A DNA stretch of 64,000 nt, from IMG/VR virus record IMGVR_UViG_3300015615_000629, positions 256,001 to 320,000 of that record; one strand, 5' to 3'. The notes beneath the pieces are model-generated. The model saw nothing but the letters and a program-made list of their open reading frames with translations, had not been told where the DNA came from and did not search any database. Shown in pieces: positions 20,770 through 31,641 of this stretch. Within the stretch, counting starts at the first letter, position 1, and the number at the start of each line of letters is the position of its first letter. Position numbers and translations under genes: made by a program. Source of the stretch: a virus. Lineage: Duplodnaviria > Heunggongvirae > Uroviricota > Caudoviricetes.

Positions 20770-21031
20770 GATAAGCCCTCCTAAACTATATATAACTTGA
20801 TTTCGTGAATTAGTAATTGTTGCACCAATTCCCAATATTTATCTGTATAAGGTTCTGGTGTATCACAATAACAATTCGGCAATCTCCCCGAACAAATCCA
20901 TTTGTGGATTTTTGCTTCTGTTAGAGAAGTAAAAGGCTCAGAATCAAAAAATTCAACTGCATAGAATTTGGCTTCTTCGTCCCAATTAACTTCGCCAACA
21001 ACCTTGTCTTGATTCTTAAGATGTGCGGTTT

Positions 21032-21640
21032 TCATTTGAAATCTTTTGGATCATAAACTTCCATCCACATTTCAATTTGATCTTTCAAAGAAATCCAGGG
21101 ATCAATTTGTTCCCTAATTTCTTCTGTGCTGAAGTCTTTTAAGGTATCGGGAAGCAGGTTGTTTTCTTCAGGTGTTAAATCTCTTTCCTTTGATATTTTG
21201 ATAATTTCTAATTCTTTTTGAACTACTTGGAGACGGCATTTTAGAGCATAGTGAATCAAACAAGCGGAATGTTTTGATATTGATAGGGTTTTTGTTGGTT
21301 CAATTGGTGGCGTTTTTTGCCATGCTTTCTCGGTGAGATACTTGTAATCTTCTACTAAATTGTGTGGAGATATGGCATCCTCTCTAAACTCGTTTCTAAA
21401 GGGAAGCATCCGTTCCCCATAAGGCCCCATAAGTTTCTCTAATTTATCTTTGTCATCGAGTTTGATAACAATAGCGTTATATCCTTCTCCATCATTAACA
21501 AAACAGCCAGCAGCGGATTGATTATCAACAATTGCTTCATCTATAGCCTGCCTAAGTTTCAGCAAGGCTTTAGTGTCACCAACGATAATAGCATCGCCAT
21601 GTTCTCGGTTTTGGGCGAACAGATGAAGAATGTTATCCAT
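21032..21640 (-). CDS. Hypothetical protein
   Basis: 202 aa coupled ORF. Confidence 0.6.
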   Translation of the reverse strand: MDNILHLFAQNREHGDAIIVGDTKALLKLRQAIDEAIVDNQSAAGCFVNDGEGYNAIVIKLDDKDKLEKLMGPYGERMLPFRNEFREDAISPHNLVEDYKYLTEKAWQKTPPIEPTKTLSISKHSACLIHYALKCRLQVVQKELEIIKISKERDLTPEENNLLPDTLKDFSTEEIREQIDPWISLKDQIEMWMEVYDPKDFK

Positions 21641-22031
21641 ACCGTCGTTTCCTCATGTTTTGCATTCTTACAATGCTAATGCCAACCACTAGCGATGTTA
21701 CAAAGATACCGAAAAGCGGGAAAAACTTACATAGAAAAAAGCAAGCAGAAATAGATAAAACTGCTAGAAATATCTCTTTAAAGATGAGTAATAAAGCTAT
21801 TTTCTTGCAATTTGGCAAGATGTCTTCTCGGTTTCCGCCTTGGTTAACCCATAAAAAGTACAATTGACGGATATTGATTTCGTCATTAAAAAACCTTTGA
21901 AGAATATTTTTTTCTTGCTTGTTCATGTTCTACCTTGCTGAGACAAGTGAATAAATAAAAATAAAAGCGAATAATGTAAAAGTAAAGCCAACCAAAAATA
22001 GGTCGAACATTTAAATTTCCTTAGATTTGAT

Positions 22032-22039
22032 TATAAATA
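22032..22039 (+). promoter_or_regulatory. T4-type late promoter TATAAATA
   Basis: Exact TATAAATA 8 nt before ATG 22048 of an isolated plus-strand gene. Confidence 0.55.
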
Positions 22040-22047
22040 ATTTTACT

Positions 22048-22248
22048 ATGAAAACTTTCAAAGAGTGGATAAAAGAACAAATGCACATGGGTAGACCACA
22101 CGGACCTATGGGGCCTGATGGCAAAGTTTATGGATGGAGTAGCGGGCCAGTATCCCAAGTTCAAGGAACAAACACTTGGAAGTCAGATGATCGTCAACTA
22201 CCAAAAACCAATTTGCCAAAAGTAAATCCAAAGAGGTCAAAACCTTAA
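22048..22248 (+). CDS. Small putative internal head protein (MKTFKEWIKE leader)
   Basis: Leader resembles the T4 capsid-targeting sequence MKTYQEFIAE. Confidence 0.6.
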   Translation: MKTFKEWIKEQMHMGRPHGPMGPDGKVYGWSSGPVSQVQGTNTWKSDDRQLPKTNLPKVNPKRSKP

Positions 22249-23240
22249 ATTTCCTTAGCTAAGTTAGCATAAAGTTCTTTTGGATCGACTTCTGATAAGC
22301 CGCTCATCTGAGCATCATTCACTTCAACAAGTACCCAACCGCCTTCTTCTTTTTCTGCAATATCCAAAACAAAGAAATTCACATGTTTCGATACAATTTT
22401 AGCGACTTCATCGGCGAAGTTAAGACCAACTTCGTCTATTGTTCCTTTGCTTACATCATCAGCATTCGACCAATAATAGCCATGAGCAAGCCGTTTATCA
22501 CCAAGATAGAAGAATCTCCATTCATTGGTTATTGGCAAGTCGTATAGTCCAGTCTCCAAACGCTTTAAAGGAACATATTTTCGGTAAATTACCCCTTGTG
22601 GGCCAATTAGTGAATCATAGGCTAGTTCGATAGCAAGTTCTGATGCTTGCCGTTTAGTTTCGGCAAACATTGATTTATTCCATCTGTGTTTTCTGGAATT
22701 GGTTTTACCTTTTACCACAAATGGGCCAGGATGCTTACACTGATAGAAATTATTGTCATCCCATGACTCGAAAGTATAGTCTTTTAATACTTCGTAATAT
22801 TCGAAATCCGCAATCCAACGATGTTGGTCATAAGAATTTATCAGATAACAATTGTTGGACTCTAAATCTCGTTCCAACTCTTTATAATAAGGTAAAACAG
22901 AATATCGCCCAACCACAAGGTTGTTTTTGCATTCTGTTCGTTTCTTACAGACCGAAAGATGCTTTTCTGCCTCCTGTAGTTCACCCTTAAGGGTTTCTTC
23001 CTCTCGGAAGAGTAGAACTGGATTCGTATATGGCTTTTCCCACTTTTTAGTTAATGCGTCCACGGCATTCCAAGAGTAAGTATAATCTTCAAATGGTCCG
23101 TTGTTTAGAATTGGGTGCTTTTCAAAGGCAGCGAAGTCCCTACCCAAGAAATTCTTGATAACCTCTGTTGGGACTACACTGTAGTTTTTTATGGTAACAA
23201 TATGTGGTTGTATCAATGCCTCGGCTTCGGTTCTATTCAT
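22245..23240 (-). CDS. ATP-grasp protein (R2K/DUF4343-like)
   Basis: PFVVKG..S.K, EWRFF, FFVLDIA..GGWVLVEVNDAQMSG. Confidence 0.8.
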   Translation of the reverse strand: MNRTEAEALIQPHIVTIKNYSVVPTEVIKNFLGRDFAAFEKHPILNNGPFEDYTYSWNAVDALTKKWEKPYTNPVLLFREEETLKGELQEAEKHLSVCKKRTECKNNLVVGRYSVLPYYKELERDLESNNCYLINSYDQHRWIADFEYYEVLKDYTFESWDDNNFYQCKHPGPFVVKGKTNSRKHRWNKSMFAETKRQASELAIELAYDSLIGPQGVIYRKYVPLKRLETGLYDLPITNEWRFFYLGDKRLAHGYYWSNADDVSKGTIDEVGLNFADEVAKIVSKHVNFFVLDIAEKEEGGWVLVEVNDAQMSGLSEVDPKELYANLAKEI

Positions 23241-23554
23241 TTTTTAGGCATTCCTGAAACACCGGGGAAACGTCGTTCTTCTAGATATTTTTTATATTCT
23301 GGGGTTGTGATATCCATTTCGTAGGCGAATCGTCCATTGTGATATATTCTAGCAATTTTGTTGCATTGAATGACAATAGTAGGAGCGTTTGTCATAGCAC
23401 AACCGCCAATACCTGGAAATCCACATGTTGTGCTACCCCACATTTGGTAATGTATATGAATCTCAAATAAAGACTCTGGTTCCAATTCCTCGAATGCTTT
23501 CATGGCATCATCGTAACATTTGGCAAAAACTTCAGGTGTTAATTGACGGTGCAT
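23237..23554 (-). CDS. Hypothetical protein
   Basis: 105 aa coupled ORF; QMWGSTTCGF.GIGG block. Confidence 0.6.
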   Translation of the reverse strand: MHRQLTPEVFAKCYDDAMKAFEELEPESLFEIHIHYQMWGSTTCGFPGIGGCAMTNAPTIVIQCNKIARIYHNGRFAYEMDITTPEYKKYLEERRFPGVSGMPKK

Positions 23555-23885
23555 TGATTACCTTCCATCTAAATTCTGGTGGCGTACACTCACAACACCT
23601 TAGACGCTCTCCACAAGTCTGACAATATCCTTCACAATGCGGGCTCATAACAACATACTTGCCATTCTTGTCTGGCTTAAATTCTACATCCGGAAGCGGT
23701 TTCCCACAATGAGGACAGAAATTAACCGTTGATAATTCCCTGAAATATGTTGCACTATTTGTAAATAAAGCCCGCCAAGTAGGCTTTTCAGACAAATCAC
23801 CATCATAGATGCTATCAGGGCAAACAAGGAAAACGATGCCCTGTTCGGACTCTTCACAGCAATTAGGTGTTACTCTTTTTCTCAT
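23532..23885 (-). CDS. Cys-rich zinc-finger protein
   Basis: CC..C, FCPHCGK, YCQTCGERLRCCEC. Confidence 0.65.
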   Translation of the reverse strand: MRKRVTPNCCEESEQGIVFLVCPDSIYDGDLSEKPTWRALFTNSATYFRELSTVNFCPHCGKPLPDVEFKPDKNGKYVVMSPHCEGYCQTCGERLRCCECTPPEFRWKVINAPSINT

Positions 23886-24520
23886 ATCTGAGTTATTTTC
23901 ATATCCTTAAGAGTAATTGTCCAGTTGTGTTTAACGCCACCCAAATAACTAATGATTTCTTCAGTAGCAACAGTTGTGGTTAATAGGATGACGTTTCGAC
24001 TCATGGGGTTATCACAACCATCTATGCCATTATCTCTAGGAACAACATAAGATTCATCCCAGATGATTTCCCCATAACTACCAGAACCATCCAATCCTAA
24101 ATGTAAACAAGGAATTTTGCTCTTTCTTGTTTCGTCTTGAAGGATTTTTCGGGCAGTCGGATTGTCGAAACAATCAATTACCAAAGAACATTTTCGGATA
24201 AGCTTAGATGCGTTCTCGGCGGTGAGTTGCCGATTTACTGTCTCTATCTCAACGCCAATGTTTCTGAATACTTTGTTCTTAATGGCATCTACTTTAAGAG
24301 CACCAACATCGGTAGTCGCCCATACTTGGGTATTTAGATTATGAATCTCTACCCGATCCATATCGAGAACTTTAATTTTACTAAAGCCTTGGCGGGTAAG
24401 ATTATCTACAAGATTGCTGCCTAATGCCCCGACACCACAGACTAGGATGTCCAGATCGGATATTTTCTTAATCAAATCTTTTCCGCGAAATATTTCTTCG
24501 TGGTGAAATTTACTTCGCAT
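23882..24520 (-). CDS. ThiF/MoeB-family E1-like adenylyltransferase
   Basis: VCGVGALGS, LDMDRVEIHNLNTQ, KVDA, IDCFDN..R; single Cys in DGCDNP; no CxxC zinc pairs. Confidence 0.9.
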   Translation of the reverse strand: MRSKFHHEEIFRGKDLIKKISDLDILVCGVGALGSNLVDNLTRQGFSKIKVLDMDRVEIHNLNTQVWATTDVGALKVDAIKNKVFRNIGVEIETVNRQLTAENASKLIRKCSLVIDCFDNPTARKILQDETRKSKIPCLHLGLDGSGSYGEIIWDESYVVPRDNGIDGCDNPMSRNVILLTTTVATEEIISYLGGVKHNWTITLKDMKITQI

Positions 24521-24678
24521 TTAAGTGCCTTCTGAATCCTTCGACAATCTGCTCATCTGTGTAAGCATCTAAACTAGGCAAGCCATGTTTCTTGCCCATT
24601 TTCTTCATTTTGGTGATAATTCGATGTAATCGCCAACCGTAGTAGTTCGCCATTAGCCAATGGTAATAGTAGGCAATT

Positions 24679-25116
24679 CTATCCATGAACATCTGGCAAT
24701 TCCAATTCTTTATAGGTTATTTTTTTGAAATCGAATGTAAAGTGCTTTATACCTGGAATTCGGTAATCTCGCATTGGTTCGCTGTCGATGTCGAGGAATA
24801 AAGCGTCTGCCCCGCCGTCGTGTCTGTTTCCTATAACAACCTCGTTGATTATTTTTGTGGTGTTAAAATCTATACATTGACAGCAGTATTCTCCGTCTTT
24901 TAAATCTACTTCTACTATCTTTCCTTCGTTGACAGATTCGGAACCCATGTCGTTATATGTGAAATTATTCTCGACTACACCTTTTGCAACAAAAGGATAA
25001 GGATAGATTGTCACATCGCCGACAACGACCACGGGCCGCTCAACAGGCTTTATCTTAGTTCCACAACTATCGCAAATTCTCATGCTCGCCTCGCATGATC
25101 GATTAAAATTCCCCAT
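24679..25116 (-). CDS. Hypothetical protein with CxxC motifs
   Basis: CDSC, CCQC. Confidence 0.55.
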   Translation of the reverse strand: MGNFNRSCEASMRICDSCGTKIKPVERPVVVVGDVTIYPYPFVAKGVVENNFTYNDMGSESVNEGKIVEVDLKDGEYCCQCIDFNTTKIINEVVIGNRHDGGADALFLDIDSEPMRDYRIPGIKHFTFDFKKITYKELELPDVHG

Positions 25117-25285
25117 TCTTCATTGCGATATTGATTTCGTTCTCTTAGGCAAGATTCTACATGTTTCAAGTTTAAACTAGAATCTTTGCTGGCAATATTG
25201 ACACCGCATTCTATGGCTTTATCCAGGCTTGGAGTATAATAACATTCTGATACTTCAATAGGGTGGTCCCAAAAGATAAGGCTAA

Positions 25286-25711
25286 TTACAAACATTCTAC
25301 AAATTCTATCCAAGTTATTGTTATGTTTCTGCTTTTTGCGAAATCGTAAGTTCTTTTGCCTAATTCGTTAAATTCATCCTTGTTTGGCGTTCGACTTAAA
25401 TGAATTGCTAAAGACAAATATGCAGGATATCTAGCCGTTCCCAACGTGGTGTGGTATTTCTTCTCGTATTCATCGCAATTCGACGAAAATGCATCTTCTT
25501 TTACGGGTTCCCCGTTATGGTCTGTGAACCAGCCTTTTGTAGGCCACATTTCGCAGCAACTGGGGAATAAATCATCTTCGTATACCTTCTCATTCACAAA
25601 ATCTGTTGTTATTTCAACCAAATCGTCATTACCTTCCATAACATATGAAGCAAGTTCTTGGTAAAAGTCGCCAACGTAATTCTCGGTATCAATAATTAAA
25701 AGTTTTTTCAT
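25286..25711 (-). CDS. Hypothetical protein
   Basis: 141 aa coupled ORF. Confidence 0.6.
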   Translation of the reverse strand: MKKLLIIDTENYVGDFYQELASYVMEGNDDLVEITTDFVNEKVYEDDLFPSCCEMWPTKGWFTDHNGEPVKEDAFSSNCDEYEKKYHTTLGTARYPAYLSLAIHLSRTPNKDEFNELGKRTYDFAKSRNITITWIEFVECL

Positions 25712-26019
25712 CGATATTTGTCCATGAGTTGGTGAGCACCTTCTGTACCACGCTCTGCTTCAAACGCTTCGAAGGCTTTATTCCATGCTATGCCTCGATT
25801 CTTTAGATGTCTGTCTGCCGCCCTAGTGATCGATGAAAAGGTCATTAAAACAACTGGCTTTAACCTGTTTTTATCTACCTTTTCGAGTATATAATCCACC
25901 TCTTCAAATCTTCCTTCACACAACAAATCGTCAATATTCCCGATTACATCGTGAACGCCCTTACGCTCCAATGTAACATATAATTTTTCAAGCCAATCGT
26001 CTAATTCTTTTACGTTCAT
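25708..26019 (-). CDS. Hypothetical protein
   Basis: 103 aa coupled ORF. Confidence 0.6.
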   Translation of the reverse strand: MNVKELDDWLEKLYVTLERKGVHDVIGNIDDLLCEGRFEEVDYILEKVDKNRLKPVVLMTFSSITRAADRHLKNRGIAWNKAFEAFEAERGTEGAHQLMDKYR

Positions 26020-26417
26020 GTTTTTCTAATTGAAAAAAATCGATTTCTGAATCCAAAATGTTTTGCTAACACCGGCTCCGAGTGGTCATCTGTATATACC
26101 CAGAAGTTGGTTCCGTCTATACCCCTTATAGCACAAATCAAAGGCTTTCCAAAGCACCCAACCCATCCAAACATTGTCTTTCTGTCTCTGTTACTAGGGC
26201 TTGCATCGCAGTGTGGGTGGGTATGCAAAAACCCCACAACACGGCCCGTTTGTTCTTCTTCAGAAACCAAGGAATCTGCATTGAAACCAACTTCGCTGCT
26301 GGTTCCGAAGTTCAGATAGACAGATTTGGAAAAAGTGAATTCTAACCCTAGAATCCGAATAGTTCGACCAAAAAGTACCCAAAGATGCTCAATTTCTTCA
26401 TCAATCATATCTATCAT
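26016..26417 (-). CDS. JAB/JAMM metallopeptidase (deubiquitinase-like)
   Basis: VVGFLHTHP..ASPSNRD = HxH-x-S-x2-D JAMM motif, with an upstream catalytic-type Glu (IEH); likely start at Met 26417 or 26408. Confidence 0.85.
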   Translation of the reverse strand: MIDMIDEEIEHLWVLFGRTIRILGLEFTFSKSVYLNFGTSSEVGFNADSLVSEEEQTGRVVGFLHTHPHCDASPSNRDRKTMFGWVGCFGKPLICAIRGIDGTNFWVYTDDHSEPVLAKHFGFRNRFFSIRKT

Positions 26418-27207
26418 GGCTTTCTCGCATGACTGTAACAAGGCTTTGTAGGTCAAAGGTTCTATCCTGTCCAGATAGACAGATTCCAGACGTTTGGACA
26501 TCTAGATTTTTGCTAATAACCGATCTGTGATTGTGTCCATCCACGACATAATCAATAGTATAAGTATCGCCACGCTCAATGTGGCCACGATACTCTGCTC
26601 CCGCACGAGTTAAAGCCAATCTTATTTTTTGTTCTTCTCGACTCTTTTTGGCCGCCTCGTTGGTAGTCCAAGCAAATAGATAAGAATTTCTTTCTGCTTG
26701 AGAGATTCCAGGTAAATTTAACTTGTCTGGTTCTAAATCAGAGGTAAAACTTTCTCTTAAATATTGAGCGTTTTGGAGTGGGACTTTTTCGTAAGACCCT
26801 TCATACCAACAGGTTACACCATCAAATCTGGCTTGAACTACATCAAAAATTTGAACTTCTTCGGCAAAGTGAATAGGGACAATGCCGGAAACTTTGTCCT
26901 GAGTTAATGGAATTCCATACCAAATTTGATCTTCTTGTTTAGCAAGTACAAACCTTACAGGTGGAAATAGATTAAGATATTGGGTTCGTTCGGCCAGAGA
27001 AGGCTGGCGAACAAGAATAGCCTCTTTAAAGTTTCTTGGCGTAAAGACGCCCCAACCAGAGAAGTGATTAGGTTGAGCCACCGACATGGATAAAATTACA
27101 CCATTGATACGGACCCTGATGGGTTTATCCCGAATAACAGGGCTTAAAAAGACAGAATCCTTAAATTCCGTCTCTTGTCGTGCTAATTTTTCAAATAAAT
27201 CTTTCAT
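26401..27207 (-). CDS. Conserved protein with C-terminal GICLSG motif, putative divergent E2-like conjugating enzyme
   Basis: 268 aa; SGICLSGQDRTFDLQSL resembles an E2 active-site GxICL; adjacent to the JAB gene. Confidence 0.5.
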   Translation of the reverse strand: MKDLFEKLARQETEFKDSVFLSPVIRDKPIRVRINGVILSMSVAQPNHFSGWGVFTPRNFKEAILVRQPSLAERTQYLNLFPPVRFVLAKQEDQIWYGIPLTQDKVSGIVPIHFAEEVQIFDVVQARFDGVTCWYEGSYEKVPLQNAQYLRESFTSDLEPDKLNLPGISQAERNSYLFAWTTNEAAKKSREEQKIRLALTRAGAEYRGHIERGDTYTIDYVVDGHNHRSVISKNLDVQTSGICLSGQDRTFDLQSLVTVMRESHDRYD

Positions 27208-27539
27208 TCTTGTTCTGCTTTTGTAATTGTTGGCTTAACTTCAATTCCTTTTAAATTTCCATTGCCAGTAAACCATATTTTAACTGGTTGTCCTGTTGGA
27301 ATGACAAGTGGTTCTACAGAATAGAGGGACATAACTCTGCCATCTTCAAACCTTATTTCCCAGTTTGTTCCTCCGTAACCCAATTCTGGGATTACAGAAA
27401 CTTGTTTGATTACTCCTTCAACAGATTGGCTTGTGCTGCCCTTTTTAGCAGAGTTAAAGGCAGTAAATAGCAGAGCGACTAGGATACCAATTATCGCCAA
27501 CGTAATCAGAAGTTCGATAAGTGTAAATGCTTTTTTCAT
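27204..27539 (-). CDS. Prepilin-type N-terminal cleavage/methylation domain protein
   Basis: MKKAFTLIELLITLAIIGILVALL. Confidence 0.85.
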   Translation of the reverse strand: MKKAFTLIELLITLAIIGILVALLFTAFNSAKKGSTSQSVEGVIKQVSVIPELGYGGTNWEIRFEDGRVMSLYSVEPLVIPTGQPVKIWFTGNGNLKGIEVKPTITKAEQE

Positions 27540-28024
27540 GTTTGATCTTCCCACACATCTGGAATGTATTTTAATTTTTCGCTGCGATTGACATATGATC
27601 GAACGTGGTCTAAATTTTTATAGTCAAATATATCCCAAAATTTAGTATTCCAAAATCTGTCTATTACTGTGTTGCACAATATTTTTTGATCTCTAAAACA
27701 AGGCCCCACATTAAGACATGTCAAACCGTTAGAACTTATATTTGGCAGCAATAATCCAAAGCCGCAGGCGTCAGTTAAATAGCAATATCTATATACAAAT
27801 AAATTTTGATGCGAAAGTTTTGTATAAAATATTGCAAATCTAATATTTGGAAACTTTAGACTAACTACCCTGTCAATAAACAAAGCTGGTCGGAGAGGTG
27901 AAGCAGTAAGCAGCAGCGTGCGAAAACCACTAGGTTGATCAATCTCTGCCTTATGCCAAACTCCATATGTGTCCCAATCTATTTGTGGGCTTTTAAAAAA
28001 ACGCATTTTCACGCGGTCCAACAA
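27536..28024 (-). CDS. Prok-E2_D-like paralogue 1
   Basis: RT..FP..LPNISSNGLTCL..VIDRFWNTKF. Confidence 0.6.
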   Translation of the reverse strand: MLDRVKMRFFKSPQIDWDTYGVWHKAEIDQPSGFRTLLLTASPLRPALFIDRVVSLKFPNIRFAIFYTKLSHQNLFVYRYCYLTDACGFGLLLPNISSNGLTCLNVGPCFRDQKILCNTVIDRFWNTKFWDIFDYKNLDHVRSYVNRSEKLKYIPDVWEDQT

Positions 28025-28047
28025 AAAAGGGAGGGCTAAACCCTCCC
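28023..28047 (-). terminator. Intrinsic terminator
   Basis: gggaggg-tttag-ccctccc followed by T6 on the minus strand. Confidence 0.7.
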
Positions 28048-28075
28048 ATCATAGCACAATTTTTTCGATGTTCAA
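28048..28075 (-). promoter_or_regulatory. Sigma70-like promoter TTGAAC-N16-TATGAT with TGTGC extension
   Basis: Minus strand gttgaacatcgaaaaaattgtgctatgat. Confidence 0.55.
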
Positions 28076-28254
28076 CTACTTATAATCGGCGATAATTTCG
28101 GTCATTGCCCTTTCGCAGGCTTCTAGCTCTTCTGGTTCAGATAATGCATTGTTTAAATAAAGATCAACAAGTTCTTCTAAATCGTCTAGATCATCAATAT
28201 CGTTAATTTTTTGATACTGACTTTTCAAAAGTTTTAATGCGGAAATGAAGTCGT

Positions 28255-28503
28255 TCATTTGACGTTCTTTTGCTGTTCTTCGGCCTTTGGTTCTGGAACG
28301 AAGTAATCGCCTTTATTTATCTGATTATAGATTTGCTCAGAAACTTGAAATTGGTATGCAGGTGCTTTGATTACTACGTAATAATCCACTACCAAATTCC
28401 CATTTGTTTCTCGAAGCTTTCTGTACTTTTCTATAATCTCCCCTTCGGTTGGAGGGGCACAACCAACCAGAAAAAGTGCAATTAAAATGAGTAATTTACG
28501 CAT
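28255..28503 (-). CDS. Small lipoprotein
   Basis: Lipobox LVGC. Confidence 0.7.
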   Translation of the reverse strand: MRKLLILIALFLVGCAPPTEGEIIEKYRKLRETNGNLVVDYYVVIKAPAYQFQVSEQIYNQINKGDYFVPEPKAEEQQKNVK

Positions 28504-30195
<1,692 letters not shown>

Positions 30196-30201
30196 CTCTT
30201 A

Positions 30202-30346
30202 AAAAACACTACTTCATCTGAGTCGCACTAGCAGTTTTGATAAACAACTAGGAATCGAACCTAGTCTTCAACCTCTGAAGGGTTGCGTCCTACCAACGGA
30301 CACTTGTTTGTAATGCTGTTGCAGTTGGAGACGTAGTAGTATTTTT
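30202..30346 (-). ncRNA. Y-RNA-like (YrlA-like) unit 2 with complete tRNA-like domain, UCA loop
   Basis: 18-bp closing stem with G-U pairs that only form on the minus strand; D arm GUCC/GGAC, anticodon arm CAACC-CUUCAGA-GGUUG, T arm CUAGG-UUCGAUU-CCUAG. Confidence 0.75.
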
Positions 30347-30355
30347 CCTCGTGTA

Positions 30356-30565
30356 TTAACCGAACACGGCTTCCGGACGAACCGTAATGTCACCCGTTGC
30401 CCGGTTGCGTTCAACGTGCATGTAACTCAACTTGCCCGACTCCAAATTTAAATGAGCCGTGACAGCCGACAAAATCTGTTCGTCAGACGAAACTTCGCCA
30501 ATATCAAGCAAGTTCTGCTCGACATCGTAACTTCGTCCGTCGTATCGAATGTGTAGTTGAGCCAT
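30356..30565 (-). CDS. Small ubiquitin-like (beta-grasp-type) protein ending RPEAVFG
   Basis: 69 aa; beta-beta-alpha-beta pattern, C-terminal Gly, AAGGGG RBS; E1 and JAB genes nearby. Confidence 0.6.
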   Translation of the reverse strand: MAQLHIRYDGRSYDVEQNLLDIGEVSSDEQILSAVTAHLNLESGKLSYMHVERNRATGDITVRPEAVFG

Positions 30566-30594
30566 TTTAGTTTACCCCTTGTAAAAAAGACTTC

Positions 30595-30692
30595 GGTATC
30601 TGAGTCCTAGCAGCGTTGTCTTTGGGGCTTCACGCCCCGCAGACGGTCAAAACTTTGCAAGTGTTTGTAATGCTGTTAGCGTTGGAGACACC
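30595..30692 (-). ncRNA. Y-RNA-like unit 3 (GCA anticodon-like loop)
   Basis: GGUGUCUCCAAC..CAUUACAAACA..GACUCAGAUACC; UUGCAAA loop and GGGGC/GCCCC hairpin. Confidence 0.65.
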
Positions 30693-30787
30693 TGAGTCAA
30701 GGCGGGAGATGCTGGATTCGAACCAACTATTTCGGTTTTCAGTCGAAACGTTACCTTGTTTGTAGAGTTCTGTCAGTTGGCGACGGT
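30690..30787 (-). ncRNA. Y-RNA-like unit 4 (GAA anticodon loop plus T arm)
   Basis: GUCGCCAACUG..CUACAAACA..GACUCAG; UUUCGA-CUGAAAA-CCGAAA and GUUGG-UUCGAAU-CCAGC. Confidence 0.65.
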
Positions 30788-30859
30788 AAAACCATCGAAG
30801 TCGAAAAAACCTGACTTTTTTAAATCTCCCGAATGACAACCATTGGTTGCCACTCCCCT

Positions 30860-30887
30860 AATCTACCGCAGTTTTTTCGTTTGTCAA
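30860..30887 (-). promoter_or_regulatory. Sigma70-like promoter TTGACA-N16-TAGATT for the RNA/Ubl/TROVE unit
   Basis: Minus strand ttgacaaacgaaaaaactgcggtagatt; 5' hairpin at 30831-30855. Confidence 0.65.
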
Positions 30888-30896
30888 CCAACTTTT

Positions 30897-31328
30897 TCAA
30901 GATTTTTTGTTTTTGCCAAAATTTTCGCAAAAACCCGCCAAAGTGCTGCCAATATTCCGATAGTAACGCTTGATTTCAGCGATCTCAAATTCCTGATTTC
31001 TAAAAGAATCCAGACTGACACCATTGGAAGAATGCACAAATCGGGTAATCTTGTCACCCTTGAAACATAAAACGCCTGCATCGTTTCTTAATAAAGGGTG
31101 AAATTTGGATTCCGAATCCAGAGAATTCCATAATTCTAGTTCTTTTTCAGTTGGTTTCAAGTCTTCAATTTCAAATCCATCAATTCCTGGGCTTCCCATA
31201 ATATACTTTTTTCCCTTAAATTCAATAATATGCTTTCTGCTTGGATGTCGCATGGCTTCCCTGATTTGCCTGCGTGCATCAGGGTCAGACATCATTTTTC
31301 GAAATCTATCACTAAGTAATACTTCCAT
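30897..31328 (-). CDS. Hypothetical protein
   Basis: 143 aa ORF. Confidence 0.55.
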   Translation of the reverse strand: MEVLLSDRFRKMMSDPDARRQIREAMRHPSRKHIIEFKGKKYIMGSPGIDGFEIEDLKPTEKELELWNSLDSESKFHPLLRNDAGVLCFKGDKITRFVHSSNGVSLDSFRNQEFEIAEIKRYYRNIGSTLAGFCENFGKNKKS

Positions 31329-31329
31329 A

Positions 31330-31641
31330 TCAATTCCTAGAAACTGGTCTCAAACCTTCTTTATAATATCGAAGATTTCCCCTATTTACAATCTTTGTAA
31401 ACAATCCCACCAATCCAGGCAATACATCGTCTAGATATTCTGGCAACAAATCTGCCGTCATTATGCCTATCCATTTCTGGTGGCCTTCTGTGGCCTGTTC
31501 TTCTGTATCATATTGTTCGACAACAATTAACTCGTTTTCATTATAAAATGGGTGTTGAATGGCCGTCTCATAACGTGGATTGTCAAACGCCTTGACAGTT
31601 GATACCACTAAATTTGGTTCTTCGTGTGTAAGTTGGAACAT
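31330..31641 (-). CDS. Hypothetical phage protein
   Basis: VSTV..YETAI..Y..EEQA..GH pattern common in phage ORFs. Confidence 0.6.
   Translation of the reverse strand: MFQLTHEEPNLVVSTVKAFDNPRYETAIQHPFYNENELIVVEQYDTEEQATEGHQKWIGIMTADLLPEYLDDVLPGLVGLFTKIVNRGNLRYYKEGLRPVSRN

Noticed and set aside
23882-24520. Thiamine/molybdopterin biosynthesis (thiF/moeB)
   Set aside because: No thiG, thiS, moaD/E or cysteine desulfurase nearby; the JAB/E2-like context favours conjugation.
30237-30311. Genuine opal-suppressor or selenocysteine tRNA implying TGA recoding
   Set aside because: It lacks the long variable arm and extended acceptor of tRNA-Sec and is embedded in the larger repeat scaffold. TGA is used as a normal stop throughout (many ATGA overlaps). 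Excision as a functional tRNA cannot be fully excluded.
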